DNA of 24,000 nt from an uncultured Gammaproteobacteria bacterium (GCA_963753955.1 CAVWEM010000024.1:68810-92809), one strand, 5' to 3'. Counted from the stretch's first letter, positions 1 through 8,719 are shown. The notes: generated from the sequence alone by a model not told the origin. Program-made: numbers and translations.

Positions 1-99
1 AGAAATAAAGCTAACCAGCTAATGCAATTATGGCATTTTCCTCCTCTTTTGGTTACTAAGTCTTTCTATAAAATTACAACATCTAGAATGTAATTAAAC

Positions 100-852
100 A
101 TGAATAAAGAACAAGGAATAGAGACAGAGTATTTATCTGAATTAAGGAAAATCTATGACAATATACACCAAAAATTCTCCAAAAATGGCATAGATATTGA
201 CTTGTTTTATTCAAACCCAAGTTATTGTGGCAAAAATCAACAGGGGCAATCTTACCTTTTAGCAGGGACTCATCCAACTGTGATCCATTGGCCGATTCAA
301 GATTATCCTGGCGGCGATAATTTTACTAACAACTTAGTGGAGGCGAGCAAGGAACTCGATAATATCATCGGCAGTGATAACATAGCTTGGGTATCCCCTT
401 CAAACTGGCATTGCACTGCTTTTAGCCCTATCCATAGCTCGGCACTTGATGCTGTCGAATACATTCCGCCAGAGGCACCCTTGCTTGTAACAGAAGCACT
501 TAAAATAACTAAAACTTATGATCTAAAGTTCACTCGAATTGCCATTAGCCGAGATGGAGGGATACTAGCACTTGGCTATCCACAAAGTTCAGATCTCTTA
601 GATGTCAGGTATCGTTTAAAGGAAGCTATTCCAAACGGTAATATTCCAAAGCTGGTTCATATTACATTGGGATATATAACCAAAAATCTGGATTGCATAA
701 CCCATAAAAACACCAATCATTATCTGGATCGCTTCGTTAATGACATTATTACTATTGGAGCTATCCAGATTAATTTTCTAACTTATGGCAATTATACGGG
801 ACCAATCACAACCATGAGCATTACAGAGATATTCAGATATCCTATTAAATAA
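100..852 (+). CDS. 2H-phosphoesterase-like protein (LigT / cyclic phosphodiesterase superfamily); function uncertain
   Basis: 250-aa ORF. Two H-x-T-x tetrapeptides in hydrophobic context ('WHCTAF' and 'LVHITLGY') lie about 85 residues apart, the hallmark of the 2H superfamily. No clear SD before ATG100, so the start is uncertain. Confidence 0.45.
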   Translation: MNKEQGIETEYLSELRKIYDNIHQKFSKNGIDIDLFYSNPSYCGKNQQGQSYLLAGTHPTVIHWPIQDYPGGDNFTNNLVEASKELDNIIGSDNIAWVSPSNWHCTAFSPIHSSALDAVEYIPPEAPLLVTEALKITKTYDLKFTRIAISRDGGILALGYPQSSDLLDVRYRLKEAIPNGNIPKLVHITLGYITKNLDCITHKNTNHYLDRFVNDIITIGAIQINFLTYGNYTGPITTMSITEIFRYPIK

Positions 853-888
853 AAATGTCAACTGATAAAAACACAGAGATACCATAAA

Positions 889-2025
889 GTGCCTCATACA
901 ACTGATCAAAAAATCACAGCAGATATTGCGCTGTGCTACAAAGTGATTCATCCGCCAATTGATACTTTTGATATTAAAGATAATTCACTCGCGTCTGTCG
1001 TTGGAGAATCACCTATTTTGATTGCGATAGATGAATGTGTTGCAGCACTTTATACTACAAAAATCACACAGTATGCCAATAGTTTTGGTTTAATTTTACT
1101 AGGTATTGTTGAACTTGGCGGTATGGAATCCGATAAAAATTGGAATTCTGTAGAGTCAGTGATTCAGGTTGCGATGGATTATGACTTGCCGCGAAACGGG
1201 ACTATAATAGGAATAGGTGGTGGTGTGGTTTTGGATGTAGCTGGCTTTGCTGCATCTATATATAGAAGAGGTATTAACTATATTCGTATACCTACATCAT
1301 TGATTGGCATCGTTGATGTCGGGGTTGGAATTAAACATGGAATAAATCACGCGGGCAAAAAAAATATCATAGGTTCATTTTATCCGCCTTTGGCTAATAT
1401 TAATGACATTAGACTCATTGCCACACAGCCACATGCGGCTATCATTAGTGGAATGGCTGAAATCATAAAACTTGGCATGGTATTTGATGTTAGTATTTTA
1501 GAAAAACTAGAACAGTATGGATCGAAACTAGCTCAATCAAGATTTCAAGAACCAATAGTGGTCGCACAAAGCGTCGTATTGCAATCTGAGCAGATTATGA
1601 TTAATGAATTGAGAAACGACCTTTTTGAATCAGATCTGCGCCGCGCTGTAAATTTTGGGCATACATTTAGTCCAGTACTTGAATCAATTAGCGGATTTCG
1701 AATCCCCCACGGGGAAGCGGTTGCGACAGACATGTTGCTTTCCACTGCAATTGCGGTACTAATTGGTACATGCCCTGCTTCAGATCTTACACGCTTGTCT
1801 ATGCTTTATAAACACATTGAAATGCCCTTACATCTTGATCTATGTACTGTCCAATCCCTTTCAAAGGCTATAGAAGAAGCTCGTTCTCACCGTGCAGGCG
1901 CACTTAACATGGTAGTGCCAAATCCAATTGGACAATCTTCATTTATAGACTCTGTGAGTGAGCAAACTTTGAACGATGCCTTAAAGCTTTCGCGTTATGC
2001 AATAGCTGAAGCTGTAATAAAATAG
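889..2025 (+). CDS. Sugar-phosphate cyclase of the 3-dehydroquinate-synthase superfamily (possibly sedoheptulose-7-P cyclase-like rather than AroB)
   Basis: 378-aa ORF with a GTG start directly after an in-frame TAA. NAD-binding 'GIGGGVVLDVAGFAAS' and 'RIPTSLIGIVDVGVGIKHGIN' are present. Metal-ligand contexts are 'AEIIKLGM', 'NFGHTFSPVLE' and 'HGEAVATDM'. The AroB box 'VDSSVGGKT' is replaced by 'VDVGVGIK'. Confidence 0.85.
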   Translation: MPHTTDQKITADIALCYKVIHPPIDTFDIKDNSLASVVGESPILIAIDECVAALYTTKITQYANSFGLILLGIVELGGMESDKNWNSVESVIQVAMDYDLPRNGTIIGIGGGVVLDVAGFAASIYRRGINYIRIPTSLIGIVDVGVGIKHGINHAGKKNIIGSFYPPLANINDIRLIATQPHAAIISGMAEIIKLGMVFDVSILEKLEQYGSKLAQSRFQEPIVVAQSVVLQSEQIMINELRNDLFESDLRRAVNFGHTFSPVLESISGFRIPHGEAVATDMLLSTAIAVLIGTCPASDLTRLSMLYKHIEMPLHLDLCTVQSLSKAIEEARSHRAGALNMVVPNPIGQSSFIDSVSEQTLNDALKLSRYAIAEAVIK

Positions 2026-2035
2026 GGGATACTCA

Positions 2036-3046
2036 ATGAATGCTTTCGTTTTTGACTTAGGCGGAACATTTATTCGTTGTGGAGTCTTATCTTCCTTTAA
2101 AGGAGTTCTGCATCAACGAAAATCCAAGATATCCGATATATTTAACTCACAAAATACGGAACTGGTCTGGCGAGATATTGAAGGATATTTCTGTGAGTAT
2201 ATAAACCACCACTCACAAGTACTTTCTCTAAACGCACCAATAGTTATAGCTTTTCCTGGCCCTGTTGTAAATCAAAAGAAATTGCTTCAGGCTCCAACGA
2301 TAAACAAAAACAGCGAACCTGTCCCAAACTTAGCAAACCGCTTGCAACACAGAACAGGACGCAATGTTTACTTTATTAACGATTTATCGGCTGCCGCATG
2401 GTATTTCAGTAGACAAACTACATTTCGCCGATTTATGGTTGTAACGATAAGCAGCGGCATTGGCAGCAAAATTTTTGATCGCGACAATGCTATTGGTGTT
2501 TTGGACAATGTACCCTATGCGGGTGAAATTGGTCACCTTACTGTAGATCACTCAATAAACGCACCAAAGTGTGATTGTGGCAAACTTGGGCATCTAGGTG
2601 CCATAGCCTCTGGCCGAGGAATAGAAAGAGCTGCTAGACAATTAGCTATTGATAATCCTACAGCATTTTCTTATTCGCTTTGTGTCCAGCAATTCTCAGC
2701 CTCAGCAAAAACCTTAAATAATGAAGACCACATTTTGCCTTCGGCGCTTCTAGGAGACAATTGGAGTCTGGACATAGTTCGTCGCTCTACTGCTCCCTTG
2801 GCGCAAACTATAGCAACAATTTTCTTAGCATCCGGATTAGAGAAAATTATTATTATTGGTGGTTTTGCGACAAATCTTGGAAGTATTTATCTAAATATCA
2901 TTCGTGAAGAATTTCTCAAATTTATGAATTATGAAGTACTGCCTAACGCACTATCAGAAATGATTGTTTTAGGAGAACTTACCGAAGATGCCTGTCTTCT
3001 TGGAGCCGCTACTTTTGCAGAAATATCGTCTATTATAACTCCATGA
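2036..3046 (+). CDS. ROK-family sugar/cyclitol kinase
   Basis: 336 aa, with SD AGGGGA 6 nt upstream. Contains the N-terminal 'FDLGGTFIRCG' (DxGGT ATPase motif) and the ROK region 'ISSGIGSKIF...YAGEIGH'. The Zn motif is 'GHLTVD...CDCGKLGHLG', with His where the usual CxCGxxGC has its last Cys. Confidence 0.85.
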   Translation: MNAFVFDLGGTFIRCGVLSSFKGVLHQRKSKISDIFNSQNTELVWRDIEGYFCEYINHHSQVLSLNAPIVIAFPGPVVNQKKLLQAPTINKNSEPVPNLANRLQHRTGRNVYFINDLSAAAWYFSRQTTFRRFMVVTISSGIGSKIFDRDNAIGVLDNVPYAGEIGHLTVDHSINAPKCDCGKLGHLGAIASGRGIERAARQLAIDNPTAFSYSLCVQQFSASAKTLNNEDHILPSALLGDNWSLDIVRRSTAPLAQTIATIFLASGLEKIIIIGGFATNLGSIYLNIIREEFLKFMNYEVLPNALSEMIVLGELTEDACLLGAATFAEISSIITP

Positions 3047-4311
3047 AAGTCGCAATTTTAGGAGGCAGCGCACCTAGCACACCTAGCTTATTTAATTTTT
3101 TTTCTAAACAGCCGAAGCTTCCTAAGCTTGAGATTTCGCTTGTCGGTCGGTCAACGCAACGCTTGCAAGCCGTAGTTCGTGCCTCACGTATTTTAGCAGC
3201 GGGAAGTGGTATTAGTATTGACGGATATCCAGCAACTCCCAGCGGACTTGCCTGCGCATTGGAGGGTGCTACCCTCGTGCTAATTCAGGTACGTGTAGGC
3301 GGATATTCTGGAAGAACATTCGATGAAAACATGCCCTTAAAATACGGGATCTGTGGAGATCAAGATTTAGGGCCAGGCGCTTTATCTTCAGGACTCCGTG
3401 TATGGCCTGAAATTCTGATATTATTAGAGCAAATTTACATTCATGCCCCCAATGCCTATATCGGAATGCTCTCATCTCCTGTTAGCTTATTAGTAGGAGC
3501 CGCCAATCTATCGTTTCCTCAATTAAATACATTTGGAATATGTGAGCTTCCATGGCGAAAATTACTCCAACTAGCAAACAGTTTATCACTCAACACAGAC
3601 GAATTAAAAGTTGGGTATTATGGCATCAATCATTTTGGGTGGTTTTATAAATTCCAATTCCATGGCTGTGATATATTTAGTGATATAAGAAAAAATCCAG
3701 GTAACTACAAAAACCTTACAGGAATAGACGAATTTATGCGCTTTGGGGGATTTCCAACACCATATGTTTATCTGCATATCAAACAACATGAATTCCTTTT
3801 GCAACAGCTCGGTCGTGAAGTAAGCCGGGGCGAAGAACTTGAGCAAATTTGCGAACGGGTGTTCCCCTGTTTTCAAGATGGAGATATCAGCGTTATTCGA
3901 GATGCACTTACTCTACGACCTGCGCCCTGGTATGAGTTCGCTATTGGCCCTCTAATTTTGGAACTCGCAGACTGTAAGCTCACAACACAGTTTTTCTTGT
4001 CTGTTGTTGAAAACACAGGAATGAACTCTAATTCAATTCCAGAAATTTCAGAAACTCCTCATATCATTATTTCTGGGAAACTCATACGCAACAATCTTAA
4101 CGTCACTGTTCCTGATGAGATCAAACAGATGGTAGATCGCATAAAATTGTTTGAAATAGCCGCAATATCTGCAATGATTCACCAGAATACCAAACTGCTT
4201 ACCGAAGCATTGATGCTTCATCCATGGGTATCTAATTTAGATGCAGCATCTTCTATGTCGTCAGAAATACTTCAGTACAATAGACGCACCAATTCTATAT
4301 CAAAACGTTGA
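3043..4311 (+). CDS. Glycoside-hydrolase family 4-like NAD(+)/Mn-dependent enzyme
   Basis: 422 aa; ATGA overlap with the ROK kinase stop. By eye it aligns to GH4 6-phospho-glycosidases. Matching segments are N-terminal 'MKVAILGGSAPSTPSL', 'QVRVGG...MPLKYGICGDQDLGPGALSSGLRVWPEIL', 'GICELP' (Cys ligand) and 'YGINHFGWF' (His ligand). Confidence 0.8.
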   Translation: MKVAILGGSAPSTPSLFNFFSKQPKLPKLEISLVGRSTQRLQAVVRASRILAAGSGISIDGYPATPSGLACALEGATLVLIQVRVGGYSGRTFDENMPLKYGICGDQDLGPGALSSGLRVWPEILILLEQIYIHAPNAYIGMLSSPVSLLVGAANLSFPQLNTFGICELPWRKLLQLANSLSLNTDELKVGYYGINHFGWFYKFQFHGCDIFSDIRKNPGNYKNLTGIDEFMRFGGFPTPYVYLHIKQHEFLLQQLGREVSRGEELEQICERVFPCFQDGDISVIRDALTLRPAPWYEFAIGPLILELADCKLTTQFFLSVVENTGMNSNSIPEISETPHIIISGKLIRNNLNVTVPDEIKQMVDRIKLFEIAAISAMIHQNTKLLTEALMLHPWVSNLDAASSMSSEILQYNRRTNSISKR

Positions 4312-4359
4312 TGTGCATTTGATAACAAATGCAAACCTTATCTAGCAACGGGAGGTGAG

Positions 4360-5202
4360 ATGAAAGCTAACATAAATGATCTTCATATTTCTCAGTATAA
4401 TAACCAAGGATATTTGGTTATTCCAGATGTTTTTTCTCAATCCGAAATCATGGAAATGCGCTCTGAATCAGATAGACTATTGGAGTTAATGGTAAATTCA
4501 TCCCTTGCCAATCAACGTACTAGCGAACGTCTAGACTTGCGTGTTCTACCATCAGGCAATCAAGTAATCCGAAAAATACAACCAATCAATGATCTTTCAC
4601 TTTATTTTACTAAAGTATCACAGGATAATCGTGTTATCTCAACCATTAGGGAGCTTATTTCAGACGACCCAGAACTAATTGAGGAGAAATTGAGTTACAA
4701 ACAACATTTACCAGTTCCGATTGATGGAATTCATGCTTTAAATGCAGAAGATCGATTTTTTGCTCATTGCGACTGGGCATATCATAAAGAACAAGGCTAT
4801 CCACCAAAAACAATTAATGTTGGTATTTGGCTTGACGATAGCCCTCCAATGTCTGGCCCTCTTCAGGTATGGCCGGAATCACACAAAAAGATATTACATC
4901 ACGACAAGATTGGAAAAAGCTATATTGTGCCTGAAGAACTTCTTCAAGATTACAATCCAGTTGAGCTTATCCCCGAAGCAGGTGCGGTAATTTATTTTCA
5001 TGGTCTACTGGTGCATTCCTCAAAACCTAATTCAACCCGACTACCAAGAAGGATTATGTTCTTCAATTATGTGGCGAAAAGTGAGTCAGTTGGATTTGAT
5101 GTTAGAAATGGGCCAAGACGATACAATGAATCGCCTTATGAATGGAACTACCAGATAATGAAAGATAAAGGTACTTTCATTGACAAATTCAAAATCACTT
5201 AA
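4360..5202 (+). CDS. Phytanoyl-CoA dioxygenase (PhyH) family Fe(II)/2-oxoglutarate oxygenase
   Basis: 280 aa, with strong SD GGGAGGTGA before the ATG. N-terminal 'YNNQGYLVIPDVFSQSEI' is typical of PhyH. The HxD facial triad sits in 'FAHCDWAYH' and the distal His in 'FHGLLVHSSKPN'. Confidence 0.8.
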   Translation: MKANINDLHISQYNNQGYLVIPDVFSQSEIMEMRSESDRLLELMVNSSLANQRTSERLDLRVLPSGNQVIRKIQPINDLSLYFTKVSQDNRVISTIRELISDDPELIEEKLSYKQHLPVPIDGIHALNAEDRFFAHCDWAYHKEQGYPPKTINVGIWLDDSPPMSGPLQVWPESHKKILHHDKIGKSYIVPEELLQDYNPVELIPEAGAVIYFHGLLVHSSKPNSTRLPRRIMFFNYVAKSESVGFDVRNGPRRYNESPYEWNYQIMKDKGTFIDKFKIT

Positions 5203-5366
5203 TATTAACCTGTACCATCAAATGCTGTTATAAGAAAATTGCTTCATTCAACATAACCACACTTTAATTGTTTCGATGATTATGACTTTCTCGTGGCAGC
5301 TACAGCGATGTTGTACTTTGTGAAGTCCTTTGCGCCCACCGTCAGTAAGCCCTTGTAAAGAAAAGA

Positions 5367-5405
5367 CCTACGAACATCCTCTGGAGGATGCTCGTAGGTT
5401 TGCTT
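5367..5405. terminator. Putative bidirectional intrinsic terminator between convergent genes
   Basis: Hairpin CCTACGAACATCCT-CTGG-AGGATGCTCGTAGG (5367-5398; 14 base-pair positions including one mismatch, 4-nt loop). It is followed by TTTGCTT on + and by a T-rich run (TCTTTTCTTT) on -. It lies between the PhyH stop and the helicase stop. Confidence 0.5.
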
Positions 5406-5411
5406 AAACGC

Positions 5412-7943
5412 TCAAATCAACCGCTTCGCCAATTCGACTTCCAAGCTGTCGCCTTCCTCTTGGTTGAGAACGTCCAGTCCGGTATCGGGCATGTCGCCCG
5501 ACGTGGACTGGCTGACGGCGATTTTCTTGGCCATGAGGCGCAAACAGTCAATTTGCGCCGTTTCCGCATAGCCGAGGTAAAACACCTCTACCCTTTGTTT
5601 CTGGCCAATGCGCCAAGAACGCCGGGAGGCTTGTTGAACCGTGAACACATTGTAGCCGCTCTGCATGAACACGATGCATGGGAAATCCAGCAAGTCCAAG
5701 CCGGTCTTGACCAATTCAGGATTACAGATCAGGACATCAATACCCCGGTCTACTTGCTCCAGAATCCAATCTTCCCGTTTCCCGGTTTCCACGCTTGAGC
5801 GCAGCACCGCCGCCTTGAAGCCTTCGGCTTGCAACAGGTTTTTCAGCCGTTGCGTGGTGTCGCGGGTGCCGCTGTAAATGCTGTAGACCAGCACCTTGCG
5901 GCCTTGGGCCTTCTGCTCCCGGCAAAGCCGGATCAGTTCAAGCTCCTTGGGCGCTGGCTCCTGTTCGCCGAATACGGATGCCGCATAGGCCAGCAACGCC
6001 CCGGTGCGCGGATGCTTCACCACCTCGTCGCGGAACCCGCAATCCGGCCAAGCCAGCAGCGCGTTCAACACGACGCCGAGCAAGCTCTTGTCGCCCTTGC
6101 GCAGCGCTTCCTTGAGTTCGGCGACCAGGCTGGAACGCAGCCTTTGGTAACGCTCGGCTTGTTCCGCTGCCATGCCGACCTCGACGAATTGCTCCTCGTA
6201 AGGCGGCAGGACGTTCCCGCCGATATCCCGCAGCTTGAGAAACGCCGTGTAAGGCAAGACGAAGCGGGCGATGCCCTTGGGTCCGAACCCCGGCGCTTTC
6301 TTGGTATGCACCGTGGTCTTGTTGCCCTTGGCGGTCTTGTGGCTACCTGCGTCGGTTTCCTTGTAGATGTCCTTGAGAACGCCATGCTCGCGCATGAATG
6401 CCAAGGCTGCGTGGGCTAGGCTGCCGCGCCGGTTGGCCTTGAACGCGTCTTCGATCATTCGTCGTGTAAGCACACGCCAAAGTAAGAAAAAGAGATCGTC
6501 TGCATAGCCGCCCATGAGCGTGCCGGTGAGCAACACCGCCTTGCGACATTTGGCCGCCAGCACACCCATGGCCTGGCCTTGGGCCGAGCCATCGTTCTTA
6601 TACTCATGGGCTTCATCCGCAATCAGCAGGTCGAAAAACCCTTGGGGGAGATACCTCTTGATGTACTCCGAGGCTTGGTAGCCGCCCTGTCCGAACGCGA
6701 AGGCTTGGGTTGCCAGACTCTTCTCCATCCTGACCGCTTGGCGGTCACTGAACACCAACTCGCCGTCTTCGTCCATCAAATTGATGAAATCAAACGGATT
6801 GGCATCCAGCATTCCGGCCAAGGTATCGGCCCCGAAACGGCCCAACAGCTTGTCCGCCGTCTTCGGGCCTATCGTCGGCAACTGGCACAGGGCATCCTTC
6901 ACGGTGGCCTGCCGGTCTTTGACGGCACCGGGCCGCTTCAATGTCCACAGCCGGGTTCCGCAATGTGGACAGGCTGCCCGTTTTTCGCTGGCGCTGGCGA
7001 GAAAGCTGTCTGCCGACATCCAACTGCCATCCACATCGGTCAGCACCGTCCCGCAATCGGGGCAGGCGGCATGTTCGACGGTTTGCACGAAGGACGACGA
7101 GTTCTCGTTGCCCTGTTCCGTGAATACCCGCCGGTGGGTTTTGCGCCGATGGATCACCGGCACCCAGTCGAATCCCAGACGCATCCTGACCCGGCCAATC
7201 ACATAGAACTCGGCTTGGCCGGTTTGTGGTTCGTGCTGGGTCGCACGGATGTTCAACAATTGCCTCAGCGTGTCCGGGCCGTTCAACACCCAGACCTTGG
7301 CGTCGGGGATGGTTTCCAGAATCTCCCGCCGCCATTTGTAAACCAGATGGGGCGGGGAGATGACCAAAGTCCGCTGGTAGCCTTCCGCCCGCAGCACTGC
7401 CGCGACCGAAATTGCCATCATGGACTTGCCCGTCCCCATCTCTGCATTGATGATGGCGGCGTCCTCGTCGGCATCCACCAACAGCTTGGCGACAGCCTGC
7501 ACGACCTCCCGCTGGGCGGGGAATGGCTGGCGCTTAAACCCGTCCATCACCTGCTCGCGGCGCGGGTCGGGCGTGCCATCGTAGACCGGAGGGTTCTGCA
7601 CGGCAACCGCCTGCATCAGCCCGTCGCCGAAATCGGCCACGAACTGCGACAGGGGGATGGCATCGCCAAACTCCGCCTCCGGGTCGTTCGCCGAACCGTC
7701 GGCAGGCACGCTGCGGGTCACCTCCCCGGTCTGGATGATCTCGCCGATGACTTCGGCGGCATCGCCCGGAAACAGGAATGCCCGCTCATAACGGTTCCAC
7801 TTGCCGCCGATGGCCTCCAGCACATTCTTGGTCTCTTCGTAGATTTTACGGTCGTACTCCTGGGCGAAAACCAAGGCATTGCCTTGGACTTTCGCCTCGG
7901 ACAGCACGTCCAGCACGTTCCACTTCACTTTAATTGTTTGCAT
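5412..7943 (-). CDS. SNF2-family DEAD/DEAH-box helicase with inserted Zn ribbon
   Basis: Motif I is 'AEMGTGKS', motif II 'LLIADEAHEYKN' and motif VI 'QASRRSWRIGQ'. Two CxxC pairs ('CPDCGT', 'CPHCGT') lie between motifs Ia and II. I prefer ATG at 7943, preceded by GAGGAG, over the TTG at 7982 used in the ORF track. Confidence 0.9.
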   Translation of the reverse strand: MQTIKVKWNVLDVLSEAKVQGNALVFAQEYDRKIYEETKNVLEAIGGKWNRYERAFLFPGDAAEVIGEIIQTGEVTRSVPADGSANDPEAEFGDAIPLSQFVADFGDGLMQAVAVQNPPVYDGTPDPRREQVMDGFKRQPFPAQREVVQAVAKLLVDADEDAAIINAEMGTGKSMMAISVAAVLRAEGYQRTLVISPPHLVYKWRREILETIPDAKVWVLNGPDTLRQLLNIRATQHEPQTGQAEFYVIGRVRMRLGFDWVPVIHRRKTHRRVFTEQGNENSSSFVQTVEHAACPDCGTVLTDVDGSWMSADSFLASASEKRAACPHCGTRLWTLKRPGAVKDRQATVKDALCQLPTIGPKTADKLLGRFGADTLAGMLDANPFDFINLMDEDGELVFSDRQAVRMEKSLATQAFAFGQGGYQASEYIKRYLPQGFFDLLIADEAHEYKNDGSAQGQAMGVLAAKCRKAVLLTGTLMGGYADDLFFLLWRVLTRRMIEDAFKANRRGSLAHAALAFMREHGVLKDIYKETDAGSHKTAKGNKTTVHTKKAPGFGPKGIARFVLPYTAFLKLRDIGGNVLPPYEEQFVEVGMAAEQAERYQRLRSSLVAELKEALRKGDKSLLGVVLNALLAWPDCGFRDEVVKHPRTGALLAYAASVFGEQEPAPKELELIRLCREQKAQGRKVLVYSIYSGTRDTTQRLKNLLQAEGFKAAVLRSSVETGKREDWILEQVDRGIDVLICNPELVKTGLDLLDFPCIVFMQSGYNVFTVQQASRRSWRIGQKQRVEVFYLGYAETAQIDCLRLMAKKIAVSQSTSGDMPDTGLDVLNQEEGDSLEVELAKRLI

Positions 7944-8011
7944 TGCCTGCTCCTCGTCAACTGGGATTAAGGGGCAGGCCAACCCCCAAGGGCGTTCTGC
8001 CCCAGGGGGTT
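7944..8011 (-). repeat. Intercistronic hairpin + RBS module, copy 1 of 3
   Basis: The - strand reads ACCCCCTGGGGCAGAACGCCCTTGGGGGTTGGCCTGCCCC-TTAATCCCAGTTGAC-GAGGAGCAGGCA-ATG. The stem is GGGGCAG/CTGCCCC with an inner CC[CTTG]GG tip. Confidence 0.7.
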
Positions 8012-8040
8012 TTTGAATAGTGCCGTGTCGGCCTTTGGCC

Positions 8041-8154
8041 TTAACGGTTAAGTAAATCGCCGATCATGGCGGTGGTGATCCAGGTCAATGGATCGTCGGC
8101 ATCGACAACCCGCGTGAAATAGCGGTCGCCAAGCTTGGCATGTTGCCGGGTGTA
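8041..8154 (-). pseudogene. 3' remnant of the hypothetical gene split by IS630 copy 1
   Basis: Joining 9320->9319 (TA) to 8152 downward continues the 9309..9647 frame. It then reads ...EFLDGNY-TRQHAKLGDRYFTRVVDADDPLTWITTAMIGDLLNR* with stop at 8041-8043. Confidence 0.75.
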
Positions 8155-8158
8155 TACT

Positions 8159-8719
8159 TTAGTGCTTTACAAACTGAACTTTATTAAAGGTTTGAAATTT
8201 GAGGTTAAGCAGAGTTTTAAGCATAGGCTCATATTCGTCTGTTCCCACTTTTGAAAGGCAATCCTGTATGGCTTCGGTGAAGAAGCCAAAACTCTCATAG
8301 TATTTAGAATACAGGCATTCTTTCTTGACGAACTTCCATAATCGTTCAATCAGATTTAAATTGGGCGAGTAGGCCGGTAAAAAAAGCAATTCGATACCAA
8401 GACTATCCGCCAACTCTTTTACCACCTTGGCATGTTGATATCTTGCATTGTCCAGCACCAAGGTGACTGGAACCTGAAACCCAATCTCGGCAATCGCCCT
8501 GAGCAATTCGCAGACGCTCTCCGCATTGATGTAGGTGTTATTTGTCACCGTAATGAGTTGATGCGTCCGTGCGTTGATTGCGCCTAATACATTAAATCTT
8601 TTTCGTCCCGCAGGGGCAGAAACAAAAAGCCGGTTCCAAAACCATAAATATCCAAGGAATGCCGCCCAGACAAAGTGCGCCGCATCCACGAAAAAAACTT
8701 CCCTGCGACCCGCCATCAT
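8159..8719 (-). CDS. IS630 transposase, DDE catalytic part (orfB)
   Basis: 186 aa with 'FFVDAAHF' (D), 'LVLDNARYQHA' (D) and 'LPAYSPNLNLIERLW' (E), the IS630 DDE pattern. Confidence 0.9.
   Translation of the reverse strand: MMAGRREVFFVDAAHFVWAAFLGYLWFWNRLFVSAPAGRKRFNVLGAINARTHQLITVTNNTYINAESVCELLRAIAEIGFQVPVTLVLDNARYQHAKVVKELADSLGIELLFLPAYSPNLNLIERLWKFVKKECLYSKYYESFGFFTEAIQDCLSKVGTDEYEPMLKTLLNLKFQTFNKVQFVKH

Noticed and set aside
51-99. Possible sigma-70 promoter (TTGGTT ... TATAAA) upstream of the first gene
   Set aside because: The spacing between the candidate hexamers is only about 12-14 nt, and in AT-rich DNA such matches are expected by chance.
4742-4990. 82-aa + strand ORF inside the PhyH gene
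   Set aside because: It is an alternative frame nested within a well-supported dioxygenase ORF.
6579-7970. 463-aa + strand ORF, plus 5388..5798, 5829..6419, 6781..7206 and others, antisense to the helicase
   Set aside because: These are shadow ORFs typical of GC-rich coding DNA. They are Arg/Gly/Pro/His-rich with no motifs and lie entirely inside a helicase gene with complete SNF2 motifs on the other strand.
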